This document shows, one piece after another, positions 9,782 to 17,066 of a stretch of 64,000 bases of DNA. The notes below the pieces were generated by a model. That model was given only the letters and a program-made list of their open reading frames with translations, had not been told where the DNA came from and searched no databases. Positions within the stretch are counted from its first letter, which is position 1. The number at the start of each line of letters is the position of its first letter. The translations under genes were made by a program, and so were the position numbers. Origin of the DNA: an uncultured Lachnospiraceae bacterium (GTDB lineage Bacteria; Bacillota; Clostridia; Lachnospirales; Lachnospiraceae); NCBI GenBank assembly GCA_947168905.1, contig CAMVNR010000002.1:1898-65897 (forward strand), given 5' to 3'.

Positions 9782-9907
9782 ACATATCACCGATGCAAAA
9801 AGAACTCATTCGATTCGTGAAAAAGGCAGAAGGAAGCTTTCCGCCGGCAATCCGCAGCGGGACTTTGGGACCGGCGAAGGCAGTTCAAGTGAAAGGGACA
9901 GGAGTCT

Positions 9908-10480
9908 ATGAATAAAGCAGAAACACAGCGGGAGGCGTTTACCCGAAAGGACAGAGAGCCGGCTTCGGAACTGAGGCTTGAGCTTCAGGACGATGAGTGG
10001 CCGTTTGAGTTTACAGATGAGACCCGCCTGATTGCAAGGGCGATTGTATTTGATGAGGACGGTTACCTGTACTTTGTCAGAGCAGAGCGGGACGATGATT
10101 TTGGAAAGGCAATTCTGATCGAGACCTCCGGCGGCGGTGTAGAGAAGGGGGAAGACCTGCAGTCTGCGGTAAGGCGGGAGCTTCGGGAAGAATTAGGCAT
10201 AGAGGCCGAGGTTGTCTGCAAAATCGGTACTGTCAGCGACTTCTACAATCTGATCCACCGGCATAACATCAATCATTATTTCCTCTGCAGGGTCCTGTCC
10301 TTCACGGAGAAGAACCTGACAGAAGATGAAAAGGAGAAGTTCCATTTATCTACACTGAAAATGACCTGTGACGAAGCGGTATCGGAGTACGAAAGGCGAA
10401 GAGAGACGAGAATCGGCAGATTGATCGCAAACAGGGAGCTGCCGGTACTCCATAGAGCCAAAGAGCTGATGGGCGAATAA
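9908..10480 (+). CDS. NUDIX hydrolase
   Basis: Nudix box GGGVEKGEDLQSAVRRELREELGI. RBS GGGACAGGAG upstream. Confidence 0.85.
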   Translation: MNKAETQREAFTRKDREPASELRLELQDDEWPFEFTDETRLIARAIVFDEDGYLYFVRAERDDDFGKAILIETSGGGVEKGEDLQSAVRRELREELGIEAEVVCKIGTVSDFYNLIHRHNINHYFLCRVLSFTEKNLTEDEKEKFHLSTLKMTCDEAVSEYERRRETRIGRLIANRELPVLHRAKELMGE

Positions 10481-10554
10481 ATTCAATTTGTTTGTGATAT
10501 TTTGATATCCGCAGCATCCTATATACAGAAGACCCGGAAGAAAGGAGGCGCCGG

Positions 10555-11046
10555 ATGGACAATCTGGAAACGATATTTGAGAAAAATTATCCGGCGGTGT
10601 TCCGTTATCTTCGCGGTCTCACGGGGACGGAGGATCTTGCGGAAGAGCTCACGCAGGAAACCTTCTACCGCGCCGTGAAAAGCCTGAAATCCTTCCGCGG
10701 AGACTGCGATGTCCGGGTCTGGCTCTGCCAGATCGGGAAAAACCTGTATTATGAGCAGCTTCGGAGGGAGAAAAAGACCGTCTCGATCGAGGACGATGAA
10801 AGCCTGTCTGAATTACCGGACGCGTCGGAGCCCTTTGTGTCGATGCTGATGGACAAGGAGACGGCGCTTGAAATCCACCGGGCGCTCCACGGGCTGAAGG
10901 AGCCGTACAAGGAGATCTTCACGCTTCGCGTCTTTGGTGAGCTGTCCTTCGACGAGATCGGCAGTCTCTTTGACAAGAGCGCCCACTGGGCCTGCGTCAG
11001 CTACCATCGCGCGAAGGAAATGATCCGGCGGAGGGTTGAGGGATAG
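10555..11046 (+). CDS. ECF-type RNA polymerase sigma-70 family factor
   Basis: Region 2-like EDLAEELTQETFYRAVKS and region 4 HTH LSFDEIGSLFDKSAHWACVSYHRAKEMI. Strong RBS AAAGGAGG. Confidence 0.85.
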   Translation: MDNLETIFEKNYPAVFRYLRGLTGTEDLAEELTQETFYRAVKSLKSFRGDCDVRVWLCQIGKNLYYEQLRREKKTVSIEDDESLSELPDASEPFVSMLMDKETALEIHRALHGLKEPYKEIFTLRVFGELSFDEIGSLFDKSAHWACVSYHRAKEMIRRRVEG

Positions 11047-11133
11047 TAATCGGGGACAGGTTCCCCGAAAGACTGCGAAATGACACTGTGATGTATTTGC
11101 AAAAAAACGGGTCGGGTTTATAAGGAGTAAGTA

Positions 11134-12234
11134 ATGTCAGAACCAAAAAAAGAATGTGAAATTGTGCAGGATCTCCTGCCCTTATATGCGGAGAATATGG
11201 TATCTCCGGCAAGTAAGGAAATGATCGAAGCGCACCTTTCGGGGTGCGCGGACTGCAGCGCGGTCTATAGGCGCCTGAAAGCGCCGGAACCAGCGATTGA
11301 GAAGCATAAATCCGAGGCGGAAAGCCTGAAAAAGTTTGAGAAGAAGCGGAGACTGAGGCTTGGATGGCGGATCGCGCTGATCGTGATCGGGGCGGTTATC
11401 CTGCAGAGCCTTCTTGTAGGCGGCCTGGCATTTTTCCTGGCTTCAGACTTTGCCACCGGCGGCGTGAAGGACGACCAGGACGTCAGGAATTACAGCCGCT
11501 ACATGGGAGAAGAGGCGGAAGAAGAGTACCGCTCGAAATGGGGCATGGACCAGTCCATTTTCCCGGATAAGATCACCATGGACATGGAGGTTTTGGAATA
11601 CCGCATGACTTATTACAATCCCTGGGACGCACAGTACTTAAGCTATCTCACGGTGCAATATGACGATGCAGATTATGAGAAGGAACTCGCGCGGCTTCAG
11701 GCTTACGAATCGACGCCCTACAAGGGCTATTACGGCGTGACGGGCTTCCCGGATCCGGAAAACCCGATCGCAATGTTTGCAGACTCCTACAACGGCTTCG
11801 TCTATGCGATCCATACGCCCGGCGAGGATGGAGCATTTGAGGAGAACACGATCACCTATGTCATGATCATTTTCTGCAACTATTTCATGGACCTGAAATA
11901 CGAGAAGTACATTCCGGAGCGGTATCTGCCGGCTGGCTTCAACGCGCATTCCGGGAATCCCTATGAAAAGGAGAAGATGAATCGATCATCATTTCTCCCG
12001 GACTTTCCGGAGATTTCCGCGTACGGACATTCATCAGTGTACGGCGGTCAAGTCGCTCTGCGGCCGGGAGAATTTTTCTCCGGAAGCGCCGATGCTTTTT
12101 ACATTTTCCATAGATTCAATCTGCGGGCAGTTTACAGTTTGATATTCACCCACTGGCCCTTCTTTACGCGGATGTGCAGCAGCACCCAGCGGACAATCGC
12201 GTCAATATCGAAGCTGATCCAGGGTCCGAGATAG
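11134..12234 (+). CDS. Putative anti-sigma factor (zf-HC2 N-terminus, single TM, extracytoplasmic domain)
   Basis: CEIVQDLLPLYAENM...HLSGCADCSAVY zinc-finger motif, then TM segment IALIVIGAVILQSLLVGGLAFFLA. It lies directly downstream of the ECF sigma gene. The 3' ~100 nt overlap the convergent MATE gene. Confidence 0.7.
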   Translation: MSEPKKECEIVQDLLPLYAENMVSPASKEMIEAHLSGCADCSAVYRRLKAPEPAIEKHKSEAESLKKFEKKRRLRLGWRIALIVIGAVILQSLLVGGLAFFLASDFATGGVKDDQDVRNYSRYMGEEAEEEYRSKWGMDQSIFPDKITMDMEVLEYRMTYYNPWDAQYLSYLTVQYDDADYEKELARLQAYESTPYKGYYGVTGFPDPENPIAMFADSYNGFVYAIHTPGEDGAFEENTITYVMIIFCNYFMDLKYEKYIPERYLPAGFNAHSGNPYEKEKMNRSSFLPDFPEISAYGHSSVYGGQVALRPGEFFSGSADAFYIFHRFNLRAVYSLIFTHWPFFTRMCSSTQRTIASISKLIQGPR

Positions 12235-13556
12235 GCGAGATACGCGTTTGGGAAGGCTTTATTCAGCGGATAGCAGCAGATAAAGGTGAGGAGCGGCCGC
12301 AGGATCGCGACACTGATCAGAGAGACCAAAGCTACATAGCGTACGTCGCCCGCGCCGCGAAGGCAGCCGGCGAGCATGACACGCATATTCTGCGGATAGA
12401 TGCCGATCAGAAGCACCAAAAAGGAGACGGCGCAGCCGTAGATAACGATCCGGTCGTCAGTGAAAAGCTTCGGAAGCCAGTGCCTTCCGAAGAAGGTAAA
12501 GATCATGATCGCAAGCGACATGAAGATGGAGATCCGTTCACCGACGCGCACATAGGCCATTGCTTTCTTCTTGGTGTTCGCACCCAGCGACTGGCCGACG
12601 AGCGAGGTGCAGGCGGAGGAGACGCCGTCGCCGAGACAGAAGGTCAGGGAGCTGACCTGTCCGACGATCTGGGAAGCCGCGAAAGCCGCCGTTCCGACGC
12701 CCGCGATCAGTTTGCCGTTAATGAGGAAGCCGATCCGCATGCAGACAGATTCGAGAATCGTGCCGGAGCCGACCTTGATGATCGAGCCGAGGGTGGATTT
12801 GTCGAAGCGGAAGCCCTTAAAGGGGCGAAGCGACAGATAGCCGCCCTTCTGGAAGACGACGACGATGGCGATCAGGCTGGATACGCAGGTGCCGATCGCG
12901 GTCGCGATCGCGGCGCCTTTGACGCCTAAAGCCGGGAAGCCGAGGTGTCCGTTGATCAGGCAGTAGTTCAGGAAAATATTGACAAGGTTTGCCGAGACAT
13001 TGACAACCATCGTGATCCGGGTCTTGCCGATACCGCGCATCGCCGAGCAGATGCAGATTGCCCAGCAGTTCGGGATGAAGGCGAGCGAAATGATCTGGAA
13101 ATAAATGACCGCATCGTCGAGCGTATCCTCTGCGCCGCCCGCGAGTTTTAACAGGGGAACCGCGAGGATAACGCCGAGAACCGTCATCAGAATGCCGATG
13201 AAGGTGACAAGGAGGAGCGACTGCCGAAGACAGGAGTTCGCCGCGTCCTGCCGGCCTTCGCCTTTCCTCCGGGCAATGACGGCCATCGTTCCGGTGCAGA
13301 TCGCCTGCGCGACGAGAAGGATGATCATGCGGGGCTGGGCGCATAAGCCGACGGAGGTAATCGCCGCCGGTCCCAGCTTTCCGACCATCATCGTGTCGAA
13401 TGAATTCATTAATGTGAGAAGCAGTCCTTCCAGAGCCGCCGGCCAGGCGATCTGGAGGACTTTTTTGTACATGGAGCCGAGGCGCTCCGAATCCCCCTCG
13501 TCATGCTCATAGCGAAAGCCGAGGAGGAGACTTAAGGGTTTTGAATTAAATTCCAT
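12132..13556 (-). CDS. MATE family efflux transporter
   Basis: Polytopic (~12 TM) protein with MATE-like segments (AWPAALEGLLLTLMNSFDTMMVGKLG; GCLRGAGDVRY). I place the start at MEFNSKP (13556), not at the ORF-track 13805, because that extension overlaps the divergent sigma gene region. Confidence 0.85.
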   Translation of the reverse strand: MEFNSKPLSLLLGFRYEHDEGDSERLGSMYKKVLQIAWPAALEGLLLTLMNSFDTMMVGKLGPAAITSVGLCAQPRMIILLVAQAICTGTMAVIARRKGEGRQDAANSCLRQSLLLVTFIGILMTVLGVILAVPLLKLAGGAEDTLDDAVIYFQIISLAFIPNCWAICICSAMRGIGKTRITMVVNVSANLVNIFLNYCLINGHLGFPALGVKGAAIATAIGTCVSSLIAIVVVFQKGGYLSLRPFKGFRFDKSTLGSIIKVGSGTILESVCMRIGFLINGKLIAGVGTAAFAASQIVGQVSSLTFCLGDGVSSACTSLVGQSLGANTKKKAMAYVRVGERISIFMSLAIMIFTFFGRHWLPKLFTDDRIVIYGCAVSFLVLLIGIYPQNMRVMLAGCLRGAGDVRYVALVSLISVAILRPLLTFICCYPLNKAFPNAYLAYLGPWISFDIDAIVRWVLLHIRVKKGQWVNIKL

Positions 13557-13725
13557 GCCAATAGGTTCCTTTTTCACGATCAGTCGGCATAGTGCCGATA
13601 GAGACAGTATACCACAGAAACGAAATAATAGTCGAAAAACTTTACTTTTTTCTGTTTTTCCTGTAACCTTAGGGCAGAGAATTCCGCTTATCAGGGTGAA
13701 GACGGTAAAAAGGAGGCGGAACCGC

Positions 13726-14286
13726 ATGGACGACCGCATGATTATTGACCTGTTCCTCGTGCACGACGAGTCAGCGATCACGGAAACCGAAAAAGCATAC
13801 GGCATTTCGCTGAGGCGTTTTTCCGAGCGGATCCTCGGGTCTTTTGAGGATGCGGAGGAAGTGGCGAATGACTGCTATCTGAGCTCGTGGAGGCTGATTC
13901 CGCCGAATAAGCCCTATGATTACTTCAGGCAGTTTCTGATGAGGATCGTGCGCCATCTCTCCTTTGACCGGCTTCGGGTGATGAAGGCTGAAAAGAGAAG
14001 CGCGGAAATTACGGAGCTGACACGGGAGATGGAGGAATGCCTCCCGGGGAATGGCAGTACGGAAGAAGCAGTCGAAGAAAAGCTTCTCAGGGAGACGCTG
14101 AATGCGTGGCTTCTCGGACTTTCTCCGGAGCATCGGGCATTCTTTGTGCGCCGGTATTATTTCGCAGAGAGCGTCCGGGAGATTGCTTCGCACACCGGCG
14201 CTTCCGAGAGCCGCATCAAGACGGCGCTTCACCGCACCAGATCAGCGCTTCGCGACTACCTTGAGGAGGAGGGATATCTCATATGA
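13726..14286 (+). CDS. ECF-type RNA polymerase sigma-70 family factor
   Basis: Start at MDDRMIIDLF with the AAAAGGAGG RBS at 13706-13716. Region 2-like EDAEEVANDCYLSSW and region 4 HTH ESVREIASHTGASESRIKTALHRTRSAL. Confidence 0.8.
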   Translation: MDDRMIIDLFLVHDESAITETEKAYGISLRRFSERILGSFEDAEEVANDCYLSSWRLIPPNKPYDYFRQFLMRIVRHLSFDRLRVMKAEKRSAEITELTREMEECLPGNGSTEEAVEEKLLRETLNAWLLGLSPEHRAFFVRRYYFAESVREIASHTGASESRIKTALHRTRSALRDYLEEEGYLI

Positions 14287-15371
14287 AAGGCGATGAATTT
14301 CTTGAAAAAATGGAGCTGATTGATGATAAAATCATCAAAGAAGCGGAAGAATACCGGGAGAAAAATACAGTGAAAAGATGGCTGCCGCCCCTTGCGGCGG
14401 CTGCGGCGGTCCTCCTTGTAGTGGGACTGGCGGCTGCCATCGGGGTGATCCGGCGCCTTCCGAAAGATTCGCCGGGGGCAGAGGAAACGAATCCGGCCTC
14501 ATTCTATGAGACGCGGCAGGAGACACGGAAGGCGGTACTGGATGAGACACGGAATGCGATACTGGATGATGGAGACAGCGATGCCGCAGATCCTGCTTTG
14601 TGGGAAACAGGCGAAACCGTGTCGGGTGTACCGGAGGAAACGGTGCAGGAAACCATCCGGGAGCAATCCTGGGAGGAGAGACCGCTTCGGGAGCGCTATC
14701 CGGAGTTTAATTTTGCGGGAAGACGGTATTCCGTCAGAGCAGTTGTACCGGAGTCGCGTGTTTTGGAGAAGCTTGGCGACCTTCTGGTCGTGGGGCAGGA
14801 TCCCTTCACCGGGGAGGAGCACGAAATTGAAGCCGAAGTCTTCCGGATGAGCGGGCTCCTTGATCAGGCAGCGGTTGTTCTGCGATACGCAGAAAGTGCG
14901 GACTATTACTGCGCGGTCTGCCCCCTTTTCGAGTCCGCAACGCTCGGAAGCTTTATGGGGGATGTGGATTTTGCGGAAGAAGTTTCAGCTTCAGGATACG
15001 CTTCGATCCTTCGGTATGACGAGGACGGCAGCGTGCACCGGTTTGTTTACGACGGCCTCACGACGGAATACATGCTTTCTTTCCTTTCGGCGCATGCGGA
15101 TGCCCCTTCGGTCAATTTTGACGAGACCATGGGAAAGCCCGAAAATATCGTCGCCTATATGAGCTTTGCGATCGATGCGCCGGACTTTAACCGGATGGCC
15201 GTGAGCGTGAATATGACAAAAACCGGCTATCTCTGGACAAATGTCTTTGACGTCGGAAAAGCCTTCGATATCGGCCCGGAGGCCGTGCAGGAGTTTGAAA
15301 ATTATCTTACGGGGAATCTTCCGGGCGAGGAAGAGTTCGCGCGGGCTGAAGGCGAAACGGTAGAGGAGTAA
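14283..15371 (+). CDS. Putative anti-sigma factor / membrane-anchored protein
   Basis: ATGA overlap with the sigma gene stop. The N-terminus (FLEKMELIDDKIIKEAEEY) is typical of clostridial sigma-associated proteins. One TM segment (LPPLAAAAAVLLVVGLAAAIGVI). Confidence 0.6.
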   Translation: MKGDEFLEKMELIDDKIIKEAEEYREKNTVKRWLPPLAAAAAVLLVVGLAAAIGVIRRLPKDSPGAEETNPASFYETRQETRKAVLDETRNAILDDGDSDAADPALWETGETVSGVPEETVQETIREQSWEERPLRERYPEFNFAGRRYSVRAVVPESRVLEKLGDLLVVGQDPFTGEEHEIEAEVFRMSGLLDQAAVVLRYAESADYYCAVCPLFESATLGSFMGDVDFAEEVSASGYASILRYDEDGSVHRFVYDGLTTEYMLSFLSAHADAPSVNFDETMGKPENIVAYMSFAIDAPDFNRMAVSVNMTKTGYLWTNVFDVGKAFDIGPEAVQEFENYLTGNLPGEEEFARAEGETVEE

Positions 15372-15403
15372 TTCTGCTGCCCGGGGGTACGGCCCCGCGA
15401 AAA

Positions 15404-15448
15404 GGCCTGCCTCCGGGGGAAGGGCATTTAGGCAGAAGGCGTTTTTTA
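15404..15448 (+). terminator. Rho-independent terminator-like hairpin
   Basis: ggcctgcct (15404-15412) pairs with aggcag(aa)ggc (15430-15440), followed by GTTTTTTA. Confidence 0.5.
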
Positions 15449-15474
15449 TCCTGCTCTTACAAAGGAGGAAACAG

Positions 15475-16311
15475 ATGAAGAAAAAACTGATCCTGCCTGC
15501 GGCACTGGTGCTGCTGGTTTTATCACTTGGCGCTTGCAGAGGAAGGAACGGAAGCGGGGAAGAAGGCGGTCCCGCCGCGCAGTGGACGGAAGGCATCTAT
15601 ATGGAGATTGCCGGAAGAGACGAGGCAATGATTTACCTCCCGAACACCGGGCCGTGCACTATGTACGGGCTGACGGAGGAAATGAAGGCGGTTCTTAAGC
15701 CGCTCTCGACGGGCGACGTGATCTCGGTCAAGATCAGCATTATTGAGGAAACCTATCCAGGAAATGTTTATCCGGAAGATGTGAAATTTGTCCGCGAAGG
15801 AGAAGAATCCGGGATCCCGGAGGGGGAACTTTTGCATTTGCGTGCAATGGGCCATCTGGTCATTGACAGCAGCCATCCTCTGGGGCTTCCGAATTTTGAA
15901 TTTACACTTTCCTGGGGCACCTACGGGTACAGCTCCTATGACAGCGCGAGCGGGAAGCTTGTGAAGACGACGGATGCTTCGCACCCGGAAGACTATGTGA
16001 CGACGCATCAGCTGACGGATGAGGAGCGGCGTTTATGCTGGCAGTATCTGATGAATTCGAACTACCGGGCCTTTCCGGAAATTTATGACCCGGATCCGAA
16101 TATGGAATGCGAACCGCCGTCCGAGTTCGCGCTTACAGTGACGAACGAGGGCGAGACGAAGAAGGTCAGCTGCTCAGATACCGCCCGGGACGCGAAGACC
16201 TGCGAACCGGGAGCCAATGACTTTTTCGACAGCCTGCAAAAGATCGCAGAGCTCCTGATGAATACGGAGGAGTTTCAGGCGCTGCCGGATTACGAGCATT
16301 ATTATGAATAA
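15475..16311 (+). CDS. Lipoprotein, function unknown
   Basis: Signal peptide with lipobox MKKKLILPAALVLLVLSLGAC. RBS AAAGGAGG. Confidence 0.75.
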   Translation: MKKKLILPAALVLLVLSLGACRGRNGSGEEGGPAAQWTEGIYMEIAGRDEAMIYLPNTGPCTMYGLTEEMKAVLKPLSTGDVISVKISIIEETYPGNVYPEDVKFVREGEESGIPEGELLHLRAMGHLVIDSSHPLGLPNFEFTLSWGTYGYSSYDSASGKLVKTTDASHPEDYVTTHQLTDEERRLCWQYLMNSNYRAFPEIYDPDPNMECEPPSEFALTVTNEGETKKVSCSDTARDAKTCEPGANDFFDSLQKIAELLMNTEEFQALPDYEHYYE

Positions 16312-16316
16312 AAACA

Positions 16317-16372
16317 GGGCCATCATCCCTTCTTTACCGCCAGAATTCACTGTCAAAAAAGGATGATGGCCC
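16317..16372. terminator. Hairpin between convergent genes (possible bidirectional terminator)
   Basis: 12-bp perfect stem: gggccatcatcc (16317-16328) with ggatgatggccc (16361-16372). The loop is large (32 nt). There is an A-run before the 3' arm. Confidence 0.4.
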
Positions 16373-16395
16373 GCTCTGTCTGACAGATCCCCTTC

Positions 16396-16953
16396 TTACA
16401 GCAGTCCGGCTTTTGAAAGCGCGTTTCTAACAAGCCGCCCGATGACGGCAGCAAGCGCGATTTTTACAAGGTCTCCCGGAAGGAACGGAAGGACACAGAC
16501 AGAAAGCGCGTAACCAAGCGCGGCCTTTGCCTGAAACATGAACCAGAGCGTACCGAAGGCGTACAGCACGGCGGTTCCGAGAAGCATTCCGAGAACGGAA
16601 AAGACCATTCTCAGGACCGGCTTTTCGAGTTTTGCGGACTGCCATACGAAAAGTCCGGCGATGAGCACCAGGAACAGGTAGCCCACGAGGAAGCCGCCGG
16701 TCGGTCCCGCAAGCTTCGCAATACCGCCGGCATAACCTGAAAAGACCGGCAGACCGAAGGCACCGAGTGCGAGATACACCGCGCAGGAAATCAGCGCCGA
16801 GCGCGTCCGAAGCACGTGGACGGACAGGTAGAGGACAAGCGTCGCGAGCGAGATCGGAATCGGCCCGATCGGGATGGAAAGCGGTGCGACAACACAGAGG
16901 ACAGCAGCCATGACAGCGGCTGCGGCAAGTTCATAAATCGTTGCTTTTTTCAT
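16396..16953 (-). CDS. bioY: Biotin transporter S-component BioY
   Basis: 185-aa, ~6-TM protein with a BioY-like sequence (PISIPIGPIPISLATL...GGFLVGYLF). A BirA operator lies upstream. Confidence 0.85.
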   Translation of the reverse strand: MKKATIYELAAAAVMAAVLCVVAPLSIPIGPIPISLATLVLYLSVHVLRTRSALISCAVYLALGAFGLPVFSGYAGGIAKLAGPTGGFLVGYLFLVLIAGLFVWQSAKLEKPVLRMVFSVLGMLLGTAVLYAFGTLWFMFQAKAALGYALSVCVLPFLPGDLVKIALAAVIGRLVRNALSKAGLL

Positions 16954-17002
16954 ACAAAAATCTCCCCGGGAACCGGCAGTCTATTCGCCGGAACCCGGGG
17001 AG

Positions 17003-17031
17003 ATTATATCAGAGAGGGTTCCAATTGTCAA
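17003..17031 (-). promoter_or_regulatory. Consensus sigma-A promoter of bioY
   Basis: The minus strand reads TTGACA (17031-17026), a 17-nt spacer, then TATAAT (17008-17003). Confidence 0.7.
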
Positions 17032-17057
17032 CCTGTGGATAGAAAAGGTTTACAATT
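17023..17057. promoter_or_regulatory. BirA operator (bioO-like inverted repeat)
   Basis: AATTGTCAACC (17023-17033), 13-nt spacer, GGTTTACAATT (17047-17057). The half-sites are reverse complements with one mismatch. The site resembles the Firmicutes BirA site TGTWAACC...GGTTWACA and overlaps the -35 box. Confidence 0.75.
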
Positions 17058-17066
17058 CGGCTTTTC

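Noticed and set aside
13557-13805. N-terminal extensions of the MATE ORF (to 13805) and of the sigma ORF (from 13555)
   Set aside because: The two extensions overlap each other on opposite strands. The internal starts have proper context (MEFNS for MATE; the AAAAGGAGG RBS before MDDRM for sigma) and match family-typical N-termini.
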